Assembly (NCBI GenBank): GCA_015680685.1
Contig: MNCI01001988.1
Span: 147,799-211,798 of the forward strand
Length of the DNA stretch: 64,000 nucleotides
Source of the DNA: Gnetum montanum
Taxonomy: Eukaryota; Plantae; Gnetophyta
Direction: 5' to 3'
Below the pieces are notes generated by a model, which worked only from the letters and a program-made list of their open reading frames with translations, ran no database searches and was not told the origin of the DNA. Positions within the stretch are counted from its first letter, which is position 1. Each line of letters opens with the position of its first letter. This document shows, one piece after another, positions 1 through 10,837 of this stretch. A program made the translations under genes and the position numbers.

Positions 1-2499
1 TTAACCATTTATGCTTGCAAGCCTTTGCAAAGGTTCTTAGCCTAATTATAACGAGTCTCCTCTTCCATGATGTTCCTCATTATCCAAGCTTGCTCAATTC
101 CAAGGATTTTTCCTTGGGAGAGTAGCTTAGGGAAGGCACGGGCATGAAAGATAGGGTAAATCATTTTGGCCATCCATAGCCTGACCTTCTTAATGTAGAT
201 CCCCTTTTGGTCCTTTGCCACCCTTAGCCACTCCTCAATATCCTCCTGATGGTTTGCATCTTTCTTAAATTTTTCTCCAATGGGGAGACCATCAGAAGGA
301 ACACCAAAAAGATCCATGAACAATTGGTCATCGATTACAAACACCACTCGCATATCGTGAACACGTGTGTGGAAGTGGTCTGCTTTCTCAGAGAAGCAGT
401 CGACTAGGAAAAGCATTTCGGTAGGAGGGAAATTTGGGTTGACAACCAAAAATAATCCTATAAGCCTAGCCTTCTGAAGGTTATGGACAAGCATGGTTGG
501 GGCCCCATTGTAGAGCCAACACTGGGTCTCCTCCAGCTCCCCGTACTTGAAAAAGATTTTGGTTTCATTGCACTTGGAGGTGATCACAGTCACCTCTTGG
601 GATTTCCTCGTCATTGAAATGGTTTGCGAAATAAAAGAAAAAAAGTTAGCAAAAAAAAGGTTAAAAAAATGAAAAAAAAAATAAACATCACTCAAACATG
701 TAATAGTGAATTAACAGTTTAGTGTACCAGGTTTAAATGACATGGGAAATGATGGGAGATTCACCACACATCTTTAATGGTGAGTGGCCTAAGGAATGCC
801 CACTCCCTATCCAACTGACCAGCTTCTTTACACTTCTCATAAAATTGGGAATATCAGGTTGGATAGGTTCTGAACTCATCCCCAAATTGGCCTATTATGC
901 TTATGCACACATTGCTAGTAGAGGAAAACTCTTGTAGGGCCATATGTGCCAACGCCAAGGCATCTGTATCACCATGGCGACCACTCTTGTCGATAAAAAA
1001 CCTGGTAGCACAAAAAAAATATACATATACACTATTAATACTTGTATGTAGCGTAGCATGGATTACACAACATGATAAAATACCTTCATAGAACTCACCT
1101 GCCAACATAATAAATGGTACCAGGTGGGTTCTGAAAGTAGGTGCCCATGTAACAGGCAACGAATAATGTGTTGTATAAGTGATAGCACTTATACTCAAGC
1201 ATCTTCCAGATCCAACTCAAGTGTCTCAAGCTTTTTGGATGTTGGTTGGAACCTTCTTCCTGATCACCCCTGATTGACCCATTAGTTAAAAATTTTAGAA
1301 TGCCCTGGTTTGCCCCAGGTAATAGGGTTTCTGTGATTACGACTACTGTCTCCACTGATAAGTGTGACCAAATAATCACACTAAAATGGTGGAGGAGGAA
1401 TTGTAGGAAGTCCCGTGTGCCCTCCCAGAACCAGATCACCTGCCTCCCTACACATGCATGAGGAGGAGGGACATTGGCCACTGGTTCGCTAAGGCATCAC
1501 ATGACTCCCACAATCTCCAGGATAATCAAAATTGATTTCAACATGACCCTGCACAATGAAGCATCAAACATTAGCACTGTGTATGAGTGAAGTTTACACA
1601 TAGCATAACGTAACCCTTTGATTACATATAGCGTAGCATGACACTTTCTTTGCATGTAGAGTAGCATGATCTCCTAGTCGCATATCTCTATAATAAAAAT
1701 AGAAAAATAAAACAAAAATCATAGGTGATGTAGCAACATGATACTCAAAGTGTAGCATAGTCATCAAGCCTCGCACAATGTAACAACACTTAGATGCAAA
1801 TGCATGACACGTAAAGCGTAGAAAATGAACAAGAATAGACAGACGTGAAAAAATATAGCAACGTAGCAAACTTAACAAACTTGATAGAAACAAATTCAAT
1901 AATGTAGTGGTGTTGTAGATTCAACAACATAGCAATGCAACAAGCTTAAAGACCTGATGAGATACCGGCATAATGTAATAAAAATATTACAAAGTTCAGA
2001 CAAAAAAGAATTCACTGTGCTACAATTATCTCTCAACCATACTTCTGCCATACAAAATAACCTACGTTACACTATGATAAACATGTGTCACACTATCAAA
2101 TCTCATAGATGGCCAAACCTCCCCTAAGGGCAGTACGCTATGCTAACCCTGCGCTAAGCTGTCTAGAATCAACAAAACCCCCAGAACAAGGTAGTCGCAA
2201 CAATGGTGGTCGAGGTGATACTGCATGCAGCTGTAGCATAACATCCGTATAGCCACTGTGGCCAACTAGCAACAGCGGCAGCATAGTGGCGAAACGACAA
2301 CCAAAACAATGGCAAAAGACACGGATTTCATCATGATAATGATTATTGTAGTAAACAAAAAGGGTGACATAGCAACTTACCGAGTAGATGGAGTATCCTT
2401 CCGCACTTCAACACGTGCCTTAGATAGGTGCCCCAAAGTGTTCTTGACCTCGTCCACCTTAGCAAGTCCTCAGTGCTTGCATTGGCCTTTAGGTGCCAT
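1..2499 (-). pseudogene. Antisense multi-exon accessory gene of A1 (FCP1/HAD-like domain plus plant-transposon domain), running off the window edge
   Basis: Exons 2499-2381 (ATG...CG|GTAAG), 1548-1099 (CAG|...AG|GTGAG), 1001-728 and about 622-1. The first three splice in frame and join ORFs 1095..1481 and 854..1198; ORF 42..695 supplies the fourth. Homologous to 10838-16099 and 35295-40000. Confidence 0.8.
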
Positions 2500-2636
2500 T
2501 GTCTCACTTACAAATTCTCTGTCAACTACTAAGCTACACTGCTTCGCTTTCTCTTGGCATGGCTGTGCTACGCTCTGGATGTGGGCTCTACACTCTGACA
2601 ATGAAAATGAAAACTTTACCAGGGAGTAAAACCCCT

Positions 2637-2643
2637 ATTTATA
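2637..2643 (-). promoter_or_regulatory. TATA box (TATAAAT) of the A1 antisense gene
   Basis: CTATAAATAGGGG on the minus strand, about 140 nt upstream of the ATG. The same box and downstream context occur in A2 at 35145. Confidence 0.6.
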
Positions 2644-2811
2644 GTCGACATGGTGAAAAGAACTTGCCAGTTTTGCACTCTAAGAAATGTGGGATGCCTC
2701 ATATAGTATAGCACTATTGCTTCGTAATCCTGCCATAGTGTAGCATCAGTTTTTGTAGCATAACAGGTGGGCCCAACCAAAAATTTCATCCCACCTTGAA
2801 TTAGCAACCTA

Positions 2812-3215
2812 CCTTTACAAAGCCCACCTACCATGGTCCACAAAGACCTTAAACTAAGTGACCTTTACAAAGCCTACGTGTTAACGGTCCCCAAAGATCT
2901 CAAACTAGTGACCTTACCTTTACAAAGCGCACCTACCATGATCTGCAAAGACCTTAAACTAGTGACCTTAGTTCTCAAACTTTACCCATTAACGGTATGC
3001 TAAGACCTTAAACTAGGTACTTCGATTTACATTTTGATGTATACTGTAGCATGAGTATGGTCCATCATGACCTTAAACTAGCAGCCTTAGTATCCATTTC
3101 ATATTTTAAAATAGATTTCGCAATGTTACGGTCAACCACGACCTTAAACTGGCAAAGTTAATGTCCCTTGCATGTTCAAACCCGTTCACAGTCTGCCAAG
3201 ACCTTTAACTAGTAA
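2812..3215 (+). repeat. Array of AAGACCTTAAACTAG-type motif upstream of pol
   Basis: About 7 imperfect copies of (A)GACCTTAAACT(A/G)G, the first few in roughly 45-55 nt units. Confidence 0.8.
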
Positions 3216-3337
3216 CTTGTGAACTTGGCCGACTAGTTGACAATTATTTCATGTTTCATTGTTGCTTTGCAAATTTTTATAACATGCTATTGCTATAAAT
3301 AAGTATCACTTGACTTGGCTTTTTCTTATTGTGGTAG

Positions 3338-6300
3338 GTTGAACAAAATGACCATGCAGCATGATCTACATTCACTTTTAACCTTGATAGGTCCTCATGG
3401 CAAGCTTGCAAGACATCTAAACTTAGAGTCAATAGACTGGGAATCATCCACTAATAACACTGTAGCATCCATGGAAACATCCCTAGATTGTCCTAAACAT
3501 TTGGTTCAAGCCTTAGACTTAGAGGCTGGGGATGTGACCAAGGACCCTCTCATCGAAGCACTTGTAACGACATCCAGGGGGAAAATAAGGACATTAAAAC
3601 TTAGCTCCCTCCTAGATCAAAAAATGTAAGAGGATGTATCTAAAGTCCTCCAAGACAATGTCAAAGTGTTCATGTGGTCCTATAACGACATGCTGGGCTT
3701 AGACCCACGGCTAATACAACATAACATTGTCTTAGACCTGCGTATCAAACTAGTCAAGAAAAAGGGTTGAAAAATTAAATCGGAAATTACATTGTCTGTA
3801 CGTGAAGAAATCACCAAACTATATCAAGCAGGCTTCATTCGTGCAGTTGATTACTTGAAGTGGGTGTCAAACATCGTTTTAGTCTCTAAGAAAATGGGAG
3901 GTATAAGAATTTGTATAGACTTTCGGGATTTGAACAAAACAATGATTAGAGATGACTTCCCATTGCCAAGTATTGACCAACTTATTGACACTATGACTAG
4001 TCATGCTTTATTATCCTTTATGGATGGGTTCTTGGGTTACAATAAAATTCACATCAATCTAGAGCATCAGTTAACCACTACCTTCATGATCCCTTGGGGA
4101 ACCTTTTGTTACACTATGATCCCCTTTGGTCTCAAAAATGCCAAAGCAACCTATCAATGAGCCATGATGTACATATTCAACGACTACATCCTAGAGAGAT
4201 TAAATGATTACATGGATGACATAGAAGTTAAGTCTAAGAAGGCTATTGATCATCCCAATGATCTAGATGTAGTCCTCAAGCATTGTCATAGGCATGACTT
4301 GTGTCTCAATCCAAAGAAATGTATTTTTGATGTTAAAAGCGGACCCATGTTAGGATTTGTAGTATTGGAGGTTGGAATACAAGTGCACCCTGACAAAGTT
4401 AAGGCCATCGCTAACCTAGCACCCCCTACCAACCTCAAAGAATTATGTGGGTTGCAAGGTAGAATATAGTTTATCAGAAGGTTTATAGCAAAGTTTACCG
4501 ACAAGTTACACCTCATGCAACACTTACTAGAGAAGGGGGTTAACTTCGAGTGGAGAACACAGTGTCAACAAGCCTTCAATGACTTGAAGAAAGAGCTTTT
4601 ACACCTCTCAATTGTTTACCCACCACAGAGGGATAAGCCTTTCTACATCTACCTTGCCACCTTAGACACATCTATCATAGAACTGTTATGTCAGAAAAGA
4701 GAGGAAGACTATGAAATCCTAGTTTACTACTTGAGCCATGCATTGATAGCATATGAAGCGAAATACAATGAAGTGGAAAGGAATTGTGTTTCCCTAGTAT
4801 TTGTGCTAAAAAAGTGGAGACACTACCTATTCCATAGCTAGGTTAACATTATATTCAAGAGCAATGTACTTTGGGCTATTATGAACAACTTATATGAAAG
4901 TAGCAAGATAGCCCGATGGAAAGCTATAACTGGAAAATTCAATTTACACTATGTAACCCAATCATCGACGAAGGGAAAAGCCATAGCTACGTAGCTCAAA
5001 ACCTCACTCGTCGATGATCAAGCAACCATAGAGCCAAAATTCCCTGATGAACATGTTAACAGCATCAACCCTGTGCCATTGCACTTCAAGGCCACTTTGC
5101 ATTTTGACGGCGCCTCAACCATGCGAGGTAGTAGTGCTATTGCCATCATTACATTCCCCTCGAGGGAAATTCAATCTTTTGCTTACCGTTTTACATTCCT
5201 TTGTACAAACAATGTAATTGAGTATGAAGGACTCCTTAAGGGCCTCTTAAATGCCCAACAATTAAAGATTCAACATTTGGCAGTCTGAGGCGATTCTCAA
5301 CTTGTCATCAACCAGATCACTGAAGTCTATGCCTATAAAGCCTCACATTTACATCCTTATTGTGATTTGGCCAAAATTTTGCTGAAGTAGTTTACAATGA
5401 TAGATATCTAGCATGTTCCATGCAATGAGAACACTGCAGCAGATTCCTTAGCCATGCTAGCGTTAAATGTGTCGCCACACCTGTTTGCAACTTTACCTGC
5501 TTTGATAATGGAATGCACAGAGCCTACCACTCAAGCGGTACATGTCATCTCCTTAAGTGCTACCGATGCCCAAGAGTGGTATGCTAACATTAAATCCTAC
5601 CTTCAATATGGTGAAACCCCACACGGCTTGACATCTGCCCAAAAGGATGCAATCTGAAAGCAAGCACAAAAATATGTCCTTATAGGAGATAATACCTTAT
5701 GCAAATGCTCCTTTGATGGGATATTACTAACTTGCATTGGTGGGGAAGTGGCACAAAAAATCGTTAATGAAGTCCATGAAGGACTATGTGGAGGACACAT
5801 AGCTCTTAGAGCCATGAAATCTAAAATCAAACGCCTAGGGTATTACTGGCCTTGTATGGAACGAGATTGCTTTGCTAAAGTTAGGACGTGTGATACATGC
5901 CAACGTCATGCAAATATTATACACATTTAATCTACTGAGTTGCACCCTACATAAATCAAGTGGCCATTCCAACAATGGGGACTAGATATCATAGGACCCA
6001 TAACACCTAAGTTTTCCATAGGACATAGCTTCATCATCATTGCCACCGAGTACTTTACACAGTGGGCCAAGGCTATCCCCCTTAGGAAAACTACATTCCA
6101 ACAGGTTTGCCACTTTATTTTAGACAATATAGTAACAATGTTTGGTCTTCCCATGACTATTGTGATAGACAATGGGCCATAGTTTAGTAGTATGGAAACC
6201 AAAACCTTTTGTAGTAACCTTGGCATCAAGTAATCCTTTTCGTTGCCATACTAACCATAGGTAAACGGTCAGGCGGAGGCAACAAACAAGGCCATCATCA

Positions 6301-6818
6301 ACTTGCTCAAAAATATGCTTAGAAATAGCAAGAGGCGATGGCACAAGCAAATCCTCTACATGCTATGGGCCTACTAAACGATGTACAGAACGGCTACATG
6401 TAAGACTCCCTATAGCCTAGTTTACAAATCTGAAGTAGTGTTACCTCTTGAATTGTAAGTACCATCACTTCATATGATCCTTTAAAGCATTGTGAATGAG
6501 GCCCAGAACAATGAGTCAAGGATCATTAACCTCAAATCCATAGAGGAGGCCTGTGCACAAACACTTGGTCGCATTGAACAGTACCAAGACAGGCAATGAA
6601 AAAAGCATCATTTCAATCTAAATCGACGACCAATAAAATAGGGGAACCTAGTTCTCAAAGCTATTCACGAGCATACAAACAAGTTTTTAGCAAACTAGGA
6701 AGGCCCATTCATAGTCAAAAAAGCCTATGAGAATGGAGCCTTCAAACTAGTAGACATAGATGGTAGAGAGTTTGTAAATCCAGTGAACCACTTGTACCTC
6801 AAGCCATACTATGTCTAA
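3338..6818 (+). pseudogene. pol: Degenerate pol: reverse transcriptase, RNase H, additional (archaeal-type) RNase H, integrase
   Basis: RT motifs CIDFRDLN, PFGLKNA, YMDD. RH KKWRHYL. aRH FDGAS...TNNVIEYEGL...GDSQLV. INT HEGLCGGH...CDTC, WGLDIIGP, DNG, EGPF. Many in-frame stops; no protease upstream. Confidence 0.95.
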
Positions 6819-6831
6819 TGCAAAGGCAAGG

Positions 6832-7140
6832 TAAGCACAGATAGTTCGCTATGACTATAAATTGGCAGAGATAGTTCACTATGACTATAAACTAGCACAG
6901 ATAGTCCACTATGACTATAAACTGGCACAAACTATCTGCTATGATAAAAAATTAGCACAGACCATCTGCTATGACCTTAAACTAGGTCATCCACCATATG
7001 CTATGATGATAAACTAGCACAGCGGTCTGCTAGGACCTTAAACTAGCACAACGGTATGCTAAGACCTTAAAATAGCACATTGTGGTATGCTGGGACCTTA
7101 AACCAGTACATATGATGGTCTACCAAGATCTTAAACTGGG
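6832..7140 (+). repeat. Tandem array (about 30-31 nt units, GCTATGAC(T/C)(A/T)TAAACTAGCACAG) downstream of integrase
   Basis: About 10 imperfect units are directly visible. A mirrored array lies at 30860-31150. Confidence 0.9.
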
Positions 7141-8469
7141 TTCATGACACAACGCTCTTAGTCTGCATCCACGATCCCATAAATAAGAGAGTGTGCACAG
7201 TGAAAACAAGGGGTGGGGCATTGCAGTTCCAGAATGTAGTTCATGATGATAAGAGAACACCCTCTAGAACATATGCAACGCCACTACCCCTGGCATCTTA
7301 CTGATCCTTCGGAGATGTCATCTAGCATCTTGTTGACCTTTAGGAGCTACCGGTACCACAGCCCGTCACCTTGGTAGTAGCTTCCAGTGTTAGTGCCTAC
7401 TGTTGGAGTCCCAGCACTATTGTGGCCTAGCCACAAAGTTGCTACCCTCCAGCCCCCACCATCATCCAAGTCCAAAATATGTTCAGCTATTATGATTCTC
7501 ACCTTATAATTAAACTTCATGATTTTTTCCTTGGGCAGGGACTCCTAAGCACTCGCAGCGTCGTAACTCCTAGCCCCTTTTATGCCAGCCCCTTCAGTCT
7601 GCTGCTACTAGAACTACTACTGGCCTTCCTACTTTGGACATCACATTCCTCAGCAAAAATTCCTACCACTTTGGTGGTGTATAAAGCAAGTAAGACCTTT
7701 GCCTAACTGCATTTCATGGTTACATTTCTCTGGTCTACTTTCTATTGCACTTGTAGGATATGGGCTGAGATGGCGTCGGTCACGGATGCATTTTTCCAAT
7801 TGGAAAGGATACTGCATAATTTTGAATAGCTTGGCTACTTGGGAGTGCACATCCTTCCCTTCCCCTTAACCTTTGTAATCTCATTTCTTACACCTATAGT
7901 TTCCCTTTTGACATCTCTTTTACAAGCTTTCTCGATGTATGCAAATCCCTCTCGTATGCTCATCCGCAAAGTCTATGATGTGTGTAACACAGCTCACTGC
8001 ATGGGAAGCATTTGTAGGTAGGTCAAAGCCCCACATGGATGTAACATAACTCATCTTGGGGAGGAAACACCTATCCTGCAACAATAAGGTTGTTTGCAAG
8101 TGAACATGGCTAAATAGCAAAAGAAAAGCGCAAAATCCTAAAAGAGAAAAAGAGCTAAAAAAAAGAGAGTGTGTGCCGAAAATAAATGGCACACCAACTG
8201 TTTCACAATGACCATCTCTAAAAATTCCAATGAAAGGTTAGAAGCTACCAAAAGAAAGATGCCCACGTGTGTCAATTCCCTCACAAGCATTCTAATGAGG
8301 GGTTGTCCTACGTTTCATCTTTCCCTTTCTTGAACTTGTTCCCTTAACTCCATCCTTTCTCTCCTTTTTCCTGCACAACTACTCTGATACTCCTAAGCAC
8401 AACAAAGTGATATCTGAGTGACCATCAGAGGGTGATGTTGGTGTCTTGTCGTTCATGGTGTTTCGTATT

Positions 8470-8521
8470 CTTTGTTGATGTCTCTCGGGCAGATCCTCCA
8501 GACGTCAACAAAGAGGGGCTA
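8470..8521 (+). other. Stem-loop plus polypurine tract of A1
   Basis: CTTTGTTGATGTCT-N16-AGACGTCAACAAAG, whose 3' arm runs into AAAGAGGGG just before the LTR start TGAAACACC. Confidence 0.75.
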
Positions 8522-8522
8522 G

Positions 8523-10399
8523 TGAAACACCATAAAATTTTAGGACCCTCATGCTTTAGTAGAGTCTTGGAATTTGGGCAAGTATTTCCACAAGTGAAGC
8601 ATCATGATGAGCCAATAGAATGGTGAGAACCAGGGATAGAATATATAGTCTAGGAATTTTTCTATCTCCAAGGCTGACAAGCTTGCTGGACTCCCCAGCC
8701 TACCCAACTGGACAATTGACCCAGCTAGAAGTCTACCCAAAAACCATGCTATGAGTTTTTGAAAGTGTTCAGGATGAGCAAAATAGTTCAACAAATTTTC
8801 TAGTGAAGAAGTTTGCTATGCTATGCTACACTGTGTAGCGTAGCAAGCCTTGAAAGATAACCGCTCAAGCATCCAAATGAGAATTGACAAAATGATTGCA
8901 AGAAAAGTTAGGATTTAGCCAACACAAGGTGCTACTCTATGCTACACTATGCAGCTTAGCACAACATAGAAAAAGTAGAGCGGAAATGCCCCCCTTTTTT
9001 TGCCAAATGACTCCAATAACAAGATTGTACTTTGGCAATGCTTCAGCCTCCAAACTGTTTGTCCCACTTAACCCTCAGGCCTCGAGCAAAGTTTCTTGCT
9101 AGAAAAATGGTGGATTGAACAAGGAAGCATGATACACTAGCTGCTACGCTGTGCTACGCTACATAGTGTAGCACAGCGTAGCAACAATGCAAAAACAACA
9201 AAAATGTTCCAAACATGAATTCAGCAAGTCTGAAGGCTTCCCCGCATGAAGGACAAAAGTTGTAGTTGTTTGCCTGACCAAGCCTTAGACAAATGCTCTT
9301 CGGCTCCTACGCAAATTTCTATCAAGACTAATGGCTACACTATGCTATTCTACGTAGCGTAGCATAGCATAGCAAGAAGCTACTTATGCTACACCAATGT
9401 GCTCAACAATGTGAGTAGTGCAACATAGGTACGAAAGCATCAACACATTTTCGGGTAGCAGTAGAACTTGTTGGTAACAATCTTTCTCACTCTGGCATCT
9501 CCTTGGTAAAATCAGCAATTTTTACTTCATTTTGCATACCCCTAGTCAACTCCCAAAAAATTGTTCCTATGCTTGAGCCTACTTGTAAGAGTAGGGAATA
9601 CATAGTCCTAGATCATAGGCTCTATTTTGCTTGATTGATGGAACAGTGGACTTTGGCACATGCAGTTTCAGCAGTATGGTCACAGCGTAACAAAGCTCAT
9701 CTCCAACATCTCCACCTACATAGTAAAACCATATTTGCACCTTGTGGGGCCTAGGACACATGGCATCCAAACCATGATTTTCTCCTACTCCTAGCCCTAT
9801 AAATACCCCAGAAAAAAACACTTAGGAGGTTGGCAAAAAAATTGGGTTGTTAGCAAAAATTCGGTTAGCTAGTTGGCTTGATTAAAAGTTGGATTTTGAA
9901 GAGCATAGTTGGAATTTTTTTGAGCATTCTAGTTACCTTTGAGTTCTCTGGTTGGCTCCAAACATCCCTTTGTGAGTCGAGAATTTTGGCATCTTAGAGA
10001 ACAAAGTAGCAAGTAGAAGATCGGTGATCATACTATTCGATGTAAGCACTGTCTCTCCAATGTTGCGTAACCTATTATACACATTTTAGCAAAGCAAAGG
10101 ATCAAATACATGACCTTGGGGCAGTGCACTTTCTCACCCAATTTTTTTTCTATTCACTTACTATCATCATTGTTTTTTGCATTATTTGTCAATTGTCGAT
10201 TTACTTGGCGTGTCTTGCTTTCGAACAAACGTTTACGAAAGGTTAAGATACACCGATTAAGTCCTTGTCTAATCAGCCAAACCATTCAGGGTGCCCCATT
10301 TCCATTTCTCTCCAGCATGGCCCTCGCATGGATCCAAGGTTAAATTATTCACCCGACAACCTCTCGGTGTTCCAGCCACCAATGTTTTCAGTCAGTATA
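8523..10399 (+). repeat. 3' LTR of A1 (about 1.88 kb), TATA at 9798
   Basis: Starts TGAAACACCA after the PPT. The end aligns with the ...CATCACA end of the A2 5' LTR (CA decayed to TA). Rich in GCTAC/GTAGC motifs. Confidence 0.85.
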
Positions 10400-10837
10400 G
10401 AAATATTGCTTTAACTGTCAAAAGTGGCCAAAAATTAGCATTGATGCAGTTTTTGGATAGGAGGGAAGGTGTATGGTGGGGTCCATAACCCAAAAATTTA
10501 AAATTTTTAATGTTGAACTTAACTTTCGCCAATCTAGGAATGGAAGAGACTCCCCCCTCCCTTGCACTTCAATGCACTAGGAGTTATGGTGCACTAAATG
10601 GGAAACTAGGGTTTAGATGTGGGTGTTTAGGTTTTGTTTGAATTTTTAATTCCAAATTTCATAAGTTTTCATTCACAATTGTCATTCTACACCAACAACA
10701 TATTGGAGGAGAGATCTAGTAGAGTATTTGTTATAGATATTAGTAATCTTTAGTGTGGAAGCCTCCCATCTTCCTTACAATCAGTGTTGGTCTTCCATTC
10801 TTCTCAATTTCCAAATATTCCTAGTGTTGAGCCTACC

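Larger units (their letters stand above)
1..10399 (+). mobile_element. Ty3/gypsy Tat/Ogre-type LTR retrotransposon, copy A1 (3' part: antisense gene, pol, 3' LTR; gag and 5' LTR expected left of the window)
   Basis: Degenerate RT-RH-aRH-INT at 3338-6818, PPT at 8510-8521 and an LTR homologous to 44867-46725 (reverse complement). Collinear with copy A2. Confidence 0.9.

Noticed and set aside
6832-7140. Regularly spaced 30-nt repeats resembling a CRISPR array
   Set aside because: The units are degenerate tandem repeats without unique spacers, there are no cas genes, and the context is a eukaryotic retrotransposon.
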